A DNA stretch of 36,593 nucleotides from contig JBBSOS010000001.1 of the NCBI GenBank assembly GCA_038259505.1, positions 1-36,593 of the forward strand, written 5' to 3'. Positions within the stretch are counted from its first letter, which is position 1. The number at the start of each line of letters is the position of its first letter. Positions 16,273 through 24,537 of this stretch are shown here, one piece after another. Below the pieces are notes generated by a model. That model made no database searches and was not told the origin of the DNA. It worked only from the letters and a program-made list of their open reading frames with translations. The stretch is from Candidatus Limnocylindrales bacterium. Its GTDB lineage: Bacteria; Chloroflexota; Limnocylindria; Limnocylindrales; CSP1-4. The position numbers and the translations under genes are program-made.

Positions 16273-17117
16273 TGGTCGACCGTCTGGCGGCTCGCTGGAG
16301 AGAGCTCGGTCGTATCGACCTGCCGGAGGCACCCCAAGTCGGCCGCACCGCTATCGAGGTCCGCGGGCTGACGGTCGAACTGGGCGGTCGCACGGTCCTG
16401 TCCGGTATCGACCTGGACATCCGGCACGGGGAGCTGCTGGCGCTCGTCGGCCCCAATGGCGCCGGCAAGTCCACCCTGTTGGCCGCGATCGCGGGGGACC
16501 TGGCTGGGGCATCCGGGACCATCCTGCTCGACGGCACGCCCCTCGCGGATTGGGGTCCCCGCCAGCTCGCGCTTCGGCGTTCGATGCTCCTCCAGCGCAT
16601 CGACATCTCGTTCGCGTTCACAGTGGGTGACGTGGTGCGCATGGGCCGCGCCCCGTGGGCGGGCACCGATGGCGAGGAGGATGATGACGCCCAGGTGGCA
16701 CACGCCATGGCGCAGACCGATGTCGTGGGCCTGACGGCCAGGGAGTTCCCTTCGCTATCGGGCGGCGAACGGGCCCGCGCAGCATTGGCCCGGGTTTTGG
16801 CACAGCACACCGGGATCCTCCTCCTCGACGAGCCCACGGCCGCGCTCGACCTGCGCCACCAGGAGCTCGTCATGGGTATCGCTCGCGAACGCGCGAACGC
16901 GGGTGTCGCGGTCGTGGTCGTCGCGCACGACCTGGGCCTGGCTGCGGCGTGGGCGGACCGGGTCGTCATCCTGGAGCGAGGCCGGATGGCCGGGGACGGC
17001 AAGCCAGGGGCCATCCTGACCGAGGATCTCCTGGGTCGCGTGTACGAGTATCCCGTGGAGATCATCCCGCATCCCCGCACAGGCCTGCCGCTCATCGTGC
17101 CGCGTCGGGATGCATGA
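16272..17117 (+). CDS. hmuV: Heme ABC transporter ATP-binding protein
   Basis: The start overlaps the hmuU stop (TGATG). Walker A is GPNGAGKST, the signature is LSGGERARAALARVL and Walker B is LLLDEPTAALD, with the C-terminal HmuV-like region. Confidence 0.92.
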   Translation: MVDRLAARWRELGRIDLPEAPQVGRTAIEVRGLTVELGGRTVLSGIDLDIRHGELLALVGPNGAGKSTLLAAIAGDLAGASGTILLDGTPLADWGPRQLALRRSMLLQRIDISFAFTVGDVVRMGRAPWAGTDGEEDDDAQVAHAMAQTDVVGLTAREFPSLSGGERARAALARVLAQHTGILLLDEPTAALDLRHQELVMGIARERANAGVAVVVVAHDLGLAAAWADRVVILERGRMAGDGKPGAILTEDLLGRVYEYPVEIIPHPRTGLPLIVPRRDA

Positions 17118-17526
17118 GGAGCAGCAACGCGTCCGTCGGGCCACTGTCGCGCGTCGAGGATGGCTCGCGGTCGGCATGGTCGCGGTGGCCGTGCTCGCGA
17201 GCGCCGTCTGGCGCGTCGCGGAGCCGTCGAAGGGCCAGGACCCGGGGCGGTGTCCATATCTTGTCGTGTCGCGTGACGTCATGGTAACCGCCGACGACCG
17301 GAAGTCATGGCTGCGACCTCCGGGCCGCCGGCTCGACCCGGAGAGTGGCCTGCCGGTGGAACCCCGCGAGCGGCGGTCGGTGGCCGCCGAGGATCTCGCC
17401 GGCCTTCTGCCCCCGGATGCTCGCCTCGATCTGTTTGGTCACTTCGTCACGCTCGAATGGGATCCGTCAAGTGGTGCGTGGACGGTGCGGATCCCGGTCG
17501 GCACGCAGCCGGTCTGCAGGGAGTGA
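17110..17526 (+). CDS. Hypothetical membrane-anchored protein, translationally coupled to hmuV
   Basis: ATG 17110 overlaps the hmuV stop (17115-17117). There is one TM helix (WLAVGMVAVAVLASAVW) followed by a ~100-aa soluble part with two Cys. The third-codon positions are G+C-rich as in neighbouring genes. I recognise no family. Confidence 0.5.
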   Translation: MHEEQQRVRRATVARRGWLAVGMVAVAVLASAVWRVAEPSKGQDPGRCPYLVVSRDVMVTADDRKSWLRPPGRRLDPESGLPVEPRERRSVAAEDLAGLLPPDARLDLFGHFVTLEWDPSSGAWTVRIPVGTQPVCRE

Positions 17527-17586
17527 CGGACGCTGGCGAGGCGTCACGGTCGCCCCTCTCCACAGGCAGTACCATGTCGCAGTCGT

Positions 17587-17662
17587 GCGCCTGTAGCTCA
17601 GCGGATAGAGCGTCTGCCTCCGGAGCAGAAGGTCGTGGGTTCGAGTCCCGCCAGGCGCGCCA
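17587..17662 (+). tRNA. tRNA-Arg (anticodon CCG), CCA encoded
   Basis: The hand fold is GCGCCTG TA GCTC AGCGGATA GAGC G TCTGC CTCCGGA GCAGA AGGTC GTGGG TTCGAGT CCCGC CAGGCGC G CCA. Confidence 0.93.
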
Positions 17663-17938
17663 CCCCCTCGATGCCACGACATTCGATCGTGGCGTGGATG
17701 TCCGCGAGCCACCGGTTGGGCCGCCGGCCTCGCGCGGTCGGTAGGTGGGCGGGCGGGTCGGCTGGATGCCATGAGCCTCTGCACTCGCGTGCCGTCGGTG
17801 TCGCCCATCGGGATCCCCCGCCGCTCGATGATCCAGAAGTGGTGCCAACACAGGGCCGACCAGTCGTCGGCATCCACATCCTTGACGGACTGGGTCGTTG
17901 CGTAATAGTGGCTCATACGCAACGGGACGAGGTAGCGC

Positions 17939-18205
17939 ATGGTCAAGCGATTCTATTCACCCCAAGAGGCGGCAGAGATCCTCGATGTCAGTTCGTCCAC
18001 CGTCCTGAACCTTATTCACAGTGGTCAGATCCCGGCGACGCGCGTGTCCGAACGGATCTATCGCATCTCTGTGCCGGCACTTGAGCGGTTCGCGGCAGGG
18101 AGCCCGCCGACAAGCTTCGAGGTCACCTTTCGCCGAGTCGGGCAGGTCGGACCGATCGGGGAGGCCATCCGTATACCGACCGAGGCGGGACTGGCCCAAC
18201 GGTGA
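17939..18205 (+). CDS. Excisionase-family helix-turn-helix DNA-binding protein (HTH_17/MerR-like Xis type)
   Basis: The sequence FYSPQEAAEILDVSSSTVLNLIHSGQIPATRVSERIYRISVPALERF matches the excisionase-type HTH pattern (L..EAAe.LgvS..TV..li..G.lpa.r.g...ri....l..f). The gene lies in a locally AT-richer patch just downstream of tRNA-Arg. Confidence 0.75.
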   Translation: MVKRFYSPQEAAEILDVSSSTVLNLIHSGQIPATRVSERIYRISVPALERFAAGSPPTSFEVTFRRVGQVGPIGEAIRIPTEAGLAQR

Positions 18206-18265
18206 TCCGGGACGTGCCCGGGATCGCGCAGTACATCGTGTCGGGCCTGACGGACCTGGAGCGTC

Positions 18266-18676
18266 GTGGATTCCTGGTCCCTGGCAGGATCGAGCCATAG
18301 CTTGACGACGCCGGCACGCTCACCTTCTCCATCACCGGGGTGTGCCCCGAACCCGCGGCTGGTCCGGCCGCGGAGGAGCCTCGACGAGGTCTGGACCCCT
18401 GTCGACGTCAGCCTGTGGGAGCGGTCGCAATACGCCTATGATCTCGTCGACCGTCCGCGAGACCGTCGTCGAGCGTGGCACCTGCATGACCCGTCGCAGT
18501 CGCGGGCGGCCTTGGGGACTCGGGCCCATGAGCACTGCGAGGAGATGCTCGGCCGCCCGATATGTGAGCACTATCTCGGCGTCGAGATCCGGGACATCCA
18601 TCAAGGCAACGCGCTCATCGATGCAGCATGGGTGGAGCCCGAGAACCTCGGGTGCAGCGGACTGGTCTGCGCCTGA
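18266..18676 (+). CDS. Hypothetical protein (start uncertain)
   Basis: This open frame has G+C-rich third positions (about four in five by my hand count over the 3' two-thirds), which favours this strand over the antisense ORF 18332..19021. There is no recognisable family and no convincing RBS/start pair. Confidence 0.3.
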   Translation: MDSWSLAGSSHSLTTPARSPSPSPGCAPNPRLVRPRRSLDEVWTPVDVSLWERSQYAYDLVDRPRDRRRAWHLHDPSQSRAALGTRAHEHCEEMLGRPICEHYLGVEIRDIHQGNALIDAAWVEPENLGCSGLVCA

Positions 18677-18795
18677 GCCGGCCGCGGGCGAGCCTCGGCC
18701 AGCTACACCCGCGTATCGTCCCGGTCGCTGGCGGTCAGCACAGGCCGCCCTCCAATCGCTGCTCGGTCCCCGGTCGATCCTGGTCCCCACGAGCA

Positions 18796-20034
18796 TCAGC
18801 TCTGGGGCACCAACTCCGAGAGCGGCACCGACGCGTCCGCAAGGCGCTCCGGCGCGACCACCGCACGGGTCCGTACCAGTGCCTCCAATGGCTTGCGGAC
18901 GTCCGGGACATTGCCCAGCATCGTCCCGACGATGCCCCCCGCAGCAAGCCAGAACGCGACGAAGGCGCCGGGCTCCACTTCGCGGACGACCACCCGGTCC
19001 CACGTCGGCGGCACGCCCCATGCCTCCATGGACAGGTCGAACTGGTCGCTGTAGAGGTACGGCACACGCTCGTACGGGGTACCCGTGTCCAGCATGGATC
19101 TGGCTGCAGCCGGTCCACCGAACCAGGCCGCTGCCCAGTGGTCCAGGCGAACGTCCCGCCCGAACGTCGGGTGGCGCATGACCGCGATGTCGCCCACGGC
19201 CCAGATGCCTGGGTCGCTGGTCCGGAACATGGCATCGACCCGAACACCACCGTCGATCGTGAGACCGGCCTCGGCCGCGACCCGGGTCCGTGGCGTGGCG
19301 CCGATCCCGACCACCACGACCTGCGTGACATGGCGCCGCCCGTCGCTCGTCCTGATGGCGGTGACACGGCCTGCGTCGCCATCGATCGCCGTGGTGGTGG
19401 CACCCTGCTGCACGTCAACGCCGCGAGCGCGATGGAGATCAGCGTAGATGGCCGCGACCTCAGCACCCAGCGGGGTTCGCAGCATCGGCGACCTGCCGGT
19501 CAGGAGCGTCACGCCAGCGCCCATCTGACGCGCGCAGGCGGCGACCTCGGCGCCGATCCAGCCGCCTCCCACGACCACGATGCGGCCATGCTCCCGAATC
19601 GCTTCCTGGATGCGATCCGCGTCATGCCGGGTGCGCAGCAGCAGCACGCCCTCGAGGTCGGATCCGGGTACCTCCAGGTGGCGCGGCTCCGATCCGGTCG
19701 CAAGGAGCAGCCGATCGTAGTCGATCCGGATCCCGTCGGCGAGGACCACAGATCGGGCGGCGCGATCCAGCCGGTCCACTGTGGTCCCGGACCGCAGCTC
19801 GACGCCGATGTCCTGCCAGTCCTGGTCCTTGGGTCGGATGGCGATCTCGTCGGGCTCCTGCTCACCCCGCAGGTAGCCCTTGGACAACGGAGGGCGCTCG
19901 TAGGGCGCGTCTGGCTCGCTGCCGATGAGCAGCAGCCGACCATCGAAGCCCTCCTTTCTGAGGGTGATGGCGGCTCGTGCACCGGCCATGCCGGCGCCGA
20001 CGATGACGAAGGTCTGCCCGCGAATATCCATCAA
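18796..20034 (-). CDS. FAD-dependent pyridine nucleotide-disulfide oxidoreductase, ferredoxin/rubredoxin reductase family
   Basis: Motifs seen: FVIVGAGMAGARAA (FAD GxGxxG), YERPPLSKGYL, LLLATGSEPR, IVVVGGGWIGAEVAA (NAD GxGxxG), IWAVGDIA, and the C-terminal YSDQF reductase_C motif. Confidence 0.9.
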   Translation of the reverse strand: MMDIRGQTFVIVGAGMAGARAAITLRKEGFDGRLLLIGSEPDAPYERPPLSKGYLRGEQEPDEIAIRPKDQDWQDIGVELRSGTTVDRLDRAARSVVLADGIRIDYDRLLLATGSEPRHLEVPGSDLEGVLLLRTRHDADRIQEAIREHGRIVVVGGGWIGAEVAACARQMGAGVTLLTGRSPMLRTPLGAEVAAIYADLHRARGVDVQQGATTTAIDGDAGRVTAIRTSDGRRHVTQVVVVGIGATPRTRVAAEAGLTIDGGVRVDAMFRTSDPGIWAVGDIAVMRHPTFGRDVRLDHWAAAWFGGPAAARSMLDTGTPYERVPYLYSDQFDLSMEAWGVPPTWDRVVVREVEPGAFVAFWLAAGGIVGTMLGNVPDVRKPLEALVRTRAVVAPERLADASVPLSELVPQS

Positions 20035-20040
20035 CAGACC

Positions 20041-20793
20041 TTACGTCGAAGCGGGACGCCCTGGTTCCGAAGCGGCCACCGGCACGCGCACTGCTCGCTG
20101 GAGGACCGCGTCGATCATGGGTGGCGTCAGACGACCCGTGAACGTGTTCTGCTGGCTCGGGTGAAAGCAGCCCAGCATCCGGAAGCCACCAACAGACACT
20201 TCAGCACCGTGCCCGAAGGCCGGACGGCGACCTGTCCGCCTGCCCGTGCCCGACAGGGCTCGAAGGACCCCGTCCCAGCCCCAGGCACCGAGACACACGA
20301 TGGTATCCACCGCTCCGAGGAGCTCCAGTTCTCGGCGCAGGAATGGGATACAGCGATCTCGCTCGTCCGGCGTCGGCTTGTTGGCCGGTGGCGCACAGCG
20401 ATTCACGGCCGCCAGATACGCCCCGATGAGCCGCAGCCCGTCATCAGCGTGGGACGAGGTGGGTTGGTTGGCGAGGCCGTTGCGGTGGAGTGCCGCGATC
20501 AGGAAGTCGCCGGACCGATCGCCGGTGAAGACCCGGCCGGTCCGATTGCCACCGTGCGCCGCGGGTGCCAGCCCGACGATGAGGATGCGTGCGTCCGGGT
20601 CACCGAAGCCGGGCACGGGGCGTCCCCAGTAGACCTCATCCGCGAAGCGTGCCACTCGCTCACGTGCGACCCGCTCACGCCAGGTCACGAGCCGGGGACA
20701 CGCCCGGCAGGTGACGACGGCCGCGGTCAGCTCGCCCAGGTCGCGCCCGTCCCCGAGGTTGCCGTGATCGTCGGAGGTCGTCGGATCAGCCAC
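20041..20793 (-). CDS. Uracil-DNA glycosylase, Fe-S containing family 4/5 (UdgB-like)
   Basis: Motifs seen: CRACPRLVTWRE (cluster Cys), ILIVGLAPAAHGGNRTGRVFTGDRSGDFL (family-5-like GLAPAAHG.NRTGR.FTGD) and GCFHPSQQN. Confidence 0.88.
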   Translation of the reverse strand: MADPTTSDDHGNLGDGRDLGELTAAVVTCRACPRLVTWRERVARERVARFADEVYWGRPVPGFGDPDARILIVGLAPAAHGGNRTGRVFTGDRSGDFLIAALHRNGLANQPTSSHADDGLRLIGAYLAAVNRCAPPANKPTPDERDRCIPFLRRELELLGAVDTIVCLGAWGWDGVLRALSGTGRRTGRRPAFGHGAEVSVGGFRMLGCFHPSQQNTFTGRLTPPMIDAVLQRAVRVPVAASEPGRPAST

Positions 20794-23700
20794 CCGGTTC
20801 GACGGGGACGCCCAGGGACCCGACCCCGAATCCGGCGGCCTCCACTTGGGCGATCAGGGACGCCGTGGCGGCAGGAACGCCAGATGCGCCCAGCAGGATA
20901 TCGCGAGCAGCGACCGCCTCCAACCATTCCACGAATGGCTCGCGGACCACGAACGCGGCGGATCGCCACTCGTTCCAGCCCGTCGAGGCACGCACAGCCG
21001 GGGTCTCCAATGCCAGCGCGATCTCGGCCGCCGTGATCGGTGCCGGGGGGTTCCCGATGGGCGTCGCGAGCAGCGCACGGACCTCGACGGCCACCCGCTC
21101 GGCAGTCTCCGCCGCCAGGCCAAGCTCCTCGGCCATGCGCGTCACGGCGGGTCCGGCGGCCCATGCATCGAACACGCCTGCCGCAGCGCTGGGGCCAGTG
21201 GCACCCACGAGATCGCCCAGGCAGGCAGCCAGCGACCAGCCCACGACGGTAGCCCACCGGGAGCGCTCGGCACCCAGCCACGTGCTCAGCGATCGGGCAT
21301 CATCGACGGGTGCACCCGAGGCTCCCTGGGCATCGGGGGTGTCCGTGGTGCGCGTGGGACGGACGGTCCGACCCGACCGCACCAGCGCCACGAGATCGGC
21401 CAGGCGACGATCGACGATGGACCGCACTGCCGCTGGCGACGTGCCGCGACCAGCGGTGACCCCGACGGCATCGGCAACGTGGACCAGCGGCTCCGCGAGG
21501 CTCTCGAGCGCGGACCCGAGGAGTGGCGTCGCGGCCGCATCCGAGGCGGCCAGGCCCGCGCCCGCCACGTCGCGGACGACCCGGCTGAGGAACAGTCCCT
21601 CGACCGCCTGCCGGGTCGGCTCCAGGAGCTGGTCCCGGAGCGCCTCCCGCACGTCCGGCACGCCCGCCAGACCGATGCGCCACGCGAGTCTGCCCCAATC
21701 GCCGGCTGCATCGTCGCGCACTACGACCGGGTCCAGGAATACATGTGACTGGTACGCCCCCAGGTCGAACTCCAGGCCCCGGGCGTGGATGTCGTGGCAC
21801 GAGCGAAGGTATTCCAGGCCCGTCCGTGTGTCCCGCAGCACCAGCCACGCAGCCGTGTCGTCGGGGATGTCCAGCGCGGAGCCGATACCAGCGATCATGA
21901 CCCGGCCGTCCGCGAACCGGTTGCGGAACGCGACCAGCGAGCGCGCTCCGCGGACATCGTTGGTGTAGGCGTACACGTCGTCGTCGACGGAGCCGTCCTC
22001 GCGCTCCGCATCGAACATCCGGAAGTGGTCCGCGACCGCGAACCGCCATCGCTCCCGGAGGAGCGGGAAGATGGCCTGCTCGTGGCGCGCAACCAGGTCC
22101 TGGTCAGGCTGCTCGTCGAGCATCGCGCGCCGGAACTCCATGCCGTACTTCTCGCCGAACCCCTCGACCTGTCCGTGGCCGAACATGGGCAGGCCGGGCA
22201 GGGTCACGAGCAGGGTGGCGACGCCCACGTACTTGTCGCCCGAGCCGAACTGGTCCGCGGCGGTCCGCTCGTCAGGGTTGTTCATGAAGTTGACGTACCG
22301 GCCGAGGATGCGCGGATCGAAGGCCACGGTCTCCCGGATCACCGATCGATACCCGGCGTTGTCCTCATCCCGCATCATGTGCATGAACGCACTGTTGTAG
22401 ACCCGGTGCATGCCCAGGGTCCGCACGAAGTACCCCTCCAGCAGCCAGAACGCCTCCGCGAGCAGGAGCGTGTCCGGTGCCTCCGCGGCGACCCGGTCGA
22501 CCACCTCACGCCAGAACTCTGCCGGCATGGCGGCATCGAATGCGGCCTGCGTCATCGACGACTCGGCGCGTGAGGGGATCGCGCCCCCGCTGCCCGGCAA
22601 CGGGTACCACAGCCGCTGGACATGCTTCCGGGCAAGCACCATGGCGGCGTCGAAGCGGATCACGGGAAACCGGTGAGCCACCTCGATGATGGTCCGGATG
22701 ACCGCCTCCCGGACCTCTGCCTGGAGGTAGTCCAACTGCGCCGTGTCGTTCCAGGGAAAGCTGGTGCCATCATTGCCGTGGTAGATGTAGCGCGTCGAGC
22801 CGCTCCACCGGTCGACCCGCTTGAACACGACGGCGGCGTCCGAATTGTCGGCGTAGTGATCCTCGAGATAGATGCCGACCCGCTCGTCCACGGACAGGTT
22901 CGGCCCGGTCCAACTGTATGCAGGGAAGGGTGGGTCCTCCCGCTGGACGAAGTATTCGGGGTGCTCCATCATCCAGCGCGAATCGACACCCATGTGGTTG
23001 GGCACCATGTCCGAGGCCAGCCGGATCCCCCGCGCCCAGGCACGGTCCCTGAGGTCACGCCACGCGGTCTCGCCACCGAGGTCCTCGGCGATCCGGTAGT
23101 CCAGGAGCGAATAGGCCGATGCCACCGCGTCGGGATTGCCCTGCAGTTGCTTGATCCGCTGGGATGCGTAGCTGCGCTCCCACAGACCGATGAGCCACAG
23201 CCCCGTGAGACCCCAGTCCCGCAGCCGGTCGAGTTCCTCGTCCGGGATGGCATCGAGTGTCCGGATGGCGCGACCGTACGAGCGCGACAACTGGTCGAGC
23301 CAGACATAGGTGCTCTTGGCCATGAGCACCATATCGGGCATCCAGTCGAGGTCGCGGCTGAACGACTCGGGCTCGTCCGCGGTACCCGAGAATCCGACGA
23401 GGGCGGCCGCCTCCACGGTCTCCGTCGCGGTGGCATCGTGGGCGTGCCAGGTTCGCTCACTGGCTGCCTGCTCCTCTGCCAGGGTGTCCAGGCCCTGGGT
23501 GAGTCGGTCGAGCAACTCGTAGTCGACGATATCCGCCCAGTGGTCGCGGATCCAGCGCAACTGATGGGCGAGGGAGTCGGGTTCCTGCCGTCCCGGCTCG
23601 AGCAGGCGCTCGATGAGATCCTGGCCACCGGTCCGGTCTGCGTCCTTGGCGGTCTGCTTGCGGATGGCGCCGACCACGCGCTGATAGTCGGTGGAGGCGA

Positions 23701-24157
23701 CCAGCTCGCGATCGTCGAACAGGTCGTCGAAGCGCATGAACGCTGGGTTCCGGTTGGCGACCCACAGCAGCAGCATCTCCTCGGTGGTCAGCTGTCGGTT
23801 GGGCGCACCGTCGGTGCGGCCACGAAGGTGCTTCCGGGGATCGACACCGTCGACATACACCGGGTGTGACGGGAAGTTGGCCTCGAACGCTGCGAGTGCT
23901 GCGGTCCGCCCCTTGGCGGCTGCCTCTGTGATGACGTTGGCCTGGTCGATGACCCGGTGCTGGACCTCGTGAATCAGGGACAGCGCGCGGATGTCGCCGG
24001 CGGTCACGGGTCGGTCCGGGCGGTTGCCGCCTGCGCGCTCGATCTGCCACGCCGCACGGCGTGTGACTGGCCCATCGGCAGCCTGACCACGGCTGGAGAA
24101 GTACGCCGCGTCCAGTGCATACCGGTCACGGGCTGTTCGGGCGATACGGAATTCCAT
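20786..24157 (-). CDS. Large alpha-amylase-family (GH13-like) protein with uncharacterised N- and C-terminal extensions
   Basis: GH13 regions can be read in order: I is RLASDMVPNH, II is VIRFDAAMVLARKH, III is LLLAEAFW and IV is YVNFMNNPDE. The catalytic core spans roughly residues 300-700. About 300 N-terminal and 400 C-terminal residues match no family I know. The stop overlaps the UDG start by 8 nt. Confidence 0.85.
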   Translation of the reverse strand: MEFRIARTARDRYALDAAYFSSRGQAADGPVTRRAAWQIERAGGNRPDRPVTAGDIRALSLIHEVQHRVIDQANVITEAAAKGRTAALAAFEANFPSHPVYVDGVDPRKHLRGRTDGAPNRQLTTEEMLLLWVANRNPAFMRFDDLFDDRELVASTDYQRVVGAIRKQTAKDADRTGGQDLIERLLEPGRQEPDSLAHQLRWIRDHWADIVDYELLDRLTQGLDTLAEEQAASERTWHAHDATATETVEAAALVGFSGTADEPESFSRDLDWMPDMVLMAKSTYVWLDQLSRSYGRAIRTLDAIPDEELDRLRDWGLTGLWLIGLWERSYASQRIKQLQGNPDAVASAYSLLDYRIAEDLGGETAWRDLRDRAWARGIRLASDMVPNHMGVDSRWMMEHPEYFVQREDPPFPAYSWTGPNLSVDERVGIYLEDHYADNSDAAVVFKRVDRWSGSTRYIYHGNDGTSFPWNDTAQLDYLQAEVREAVIRTIIEVAHRFPVIRFDAAMVLARKHVQRLWYPLPGSGGAIPSRAESSMTQAAFDAAMPAEFWREVVDRVAAEAPDTLLLAEAFWLLEGYFVRTLGMHRVYNSAFMHMMRDEDNAGYRSVIRETVAFDPRILGRYVNFMNNPDERTAADQFGSGDKYVGVATLLVTLPGLPMFGHGQVEGFGEKYGMEFRRAMLDEQPDQDLVARHEQAIFPLLRERWRFAVADHFRMFDAEREDGSVDDDVYAYTNDVRGARSLVAFRNRFADGRVMIAGIGSALDIPDDTAAWLVLRDTRTGLEYLRSCHDIHARGLEFDLGAYQSHVFLDPVVVRDDAAGDWGRLAWRIGLAGVPDVREALRDQLLEPTRQAVEGLFLSRVVRDVAGAGLAASDAAATPLLGSALESLAEPLVHVADAVGVTAGRGTSPAAVRSIVDRRLADLVALVRSGRTVRPTRTTDTPDAQGASGAPVDDARSLSTWLGAERSRWATVVGWSLAACLGDLVGATGPSAAAGVFDAWAAGPAVTRMAEELGLAAETAERVAVEVRALLATPIGNPPAPITAAEIALALETPAVRASTGWNEWRSAAFVVREPFVEWLEAVAARDILLGASGVPAATASLIAQVEAAGFGVGSLGVPVEPGG

Positions 24158-24226
24158 GCGCCAGCCACGATACCAGCGGGTCGAGACAGCCGCGCCCCGA
24201 TGCCCGACCCTGGCAGCCGCGAGACA

Positions 24227-24535
24227 TCAGTCACCGGGATGGCTGCCGGAACGGATCGAGAACGAACCCAGACCGCCGCGGGCAGCGAGTCGACGGACCT
24301 CGACGCCCTGCACCACGCTGGAGGGGGGGCCGGAACGGAGTGCCGTCAGCAGTTCCTCGATGGCGGGCGTGGGCCCCTCAGCCACCACCTCCACGGTCCT
24401 GTCCGGACGATTGGCGACCCAGCCATCGAGTCCCAAGCGCGTACCAGCGCGCTGGACGAACCAGCGGAATCCGACCCCCTGGACCGTACCGGTGACCACG
24501 GCCCGGATGCGTTGCCGAGGTTCGTGTCCGGCCAC
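24227..24535 (-). CDS. acyP: Acylphosphatase
   Basis: Motifs seen: IRAVVTGTVQGVGFRWFVQRAGTRLGLDGWVANRPDRTVEVVAEG...GPPSSVVQGVEV. These are the canonical V.G.VQGVGFR and G.V.N signature motifs. The start is GTG. Confidence 0.9.
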   Translation of the reverse strand: MAGHEPRQRIRAVVTGTVQGVGFRWFVQRAGTRLGLDGWVANRPDRTVEVVAEGPTPAIEELLTALRSGPPSSVVQGVEVRRLAARGGLGSFSIRSGSHPGD

Positions 24536-24537
24536 CG

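Noticed and set aside
17467-17946. The 159-aa minus ORF across tRNA-Arg (and its sibling 17447..17851).
   Set aside because: It contains GGTRTHDLLLRRQTLYPLSYRR, the textbook antisense-of-tRNA peptide. Only the first ~60 codons are outside the tRNA, and those are discussed as a possible HNH-like fragment, not called as a gene.
18205-18300. A 31-codon stub IRDVPGIAQYIVSGLTDLERRGFLVPGRIEP that might be the C-terminus of a winged-helix regulator continuing from the HTH gene by frameshift.
   Set aside because: The frame upstream of 18205 translates to a Gly/Arg-rich string with no homology and no start. It is too short to call as a pseudogene, so it is mentioned only as part of the island-debris finding.
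20786-20793. Overlaps between adjacent genes (amylase/UDG 8 nt, NYN/holB 11 nt, hmuV/17110 ORF 8 nt, and several ATGA/TGATG junctions) as possible programmed frameshift sites.
   Set aside because: Each downstream gene has its own start codon and full-length homology from that start. These are ordinary translational-coupling overlaps, with no slippery heptamer evident.
18628-21036. The 802-aa plus-strand ORF, the second-longest ORF in the window.
   Set aside because: It lies entirely antisense to three well-supported minus-strand genes (FAD reductase, UDG and the amylase 3' end). Its product is Arg/Pro/Gly-rich with no motifs. It is a shadow ORF produced by stop-codon depletion in high-G+C DNA. 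The same reasoning applies to 7412..8416(-), 9219..10079(-), 14030..14878(-), 14943..15887(-), 15418..16332(-), 16232..17257(-), 20846..21968(+), 21785..23869(+), 25441..26946(+), 26855..28144(+), 28319..29968(-) and 29944..30897(-).
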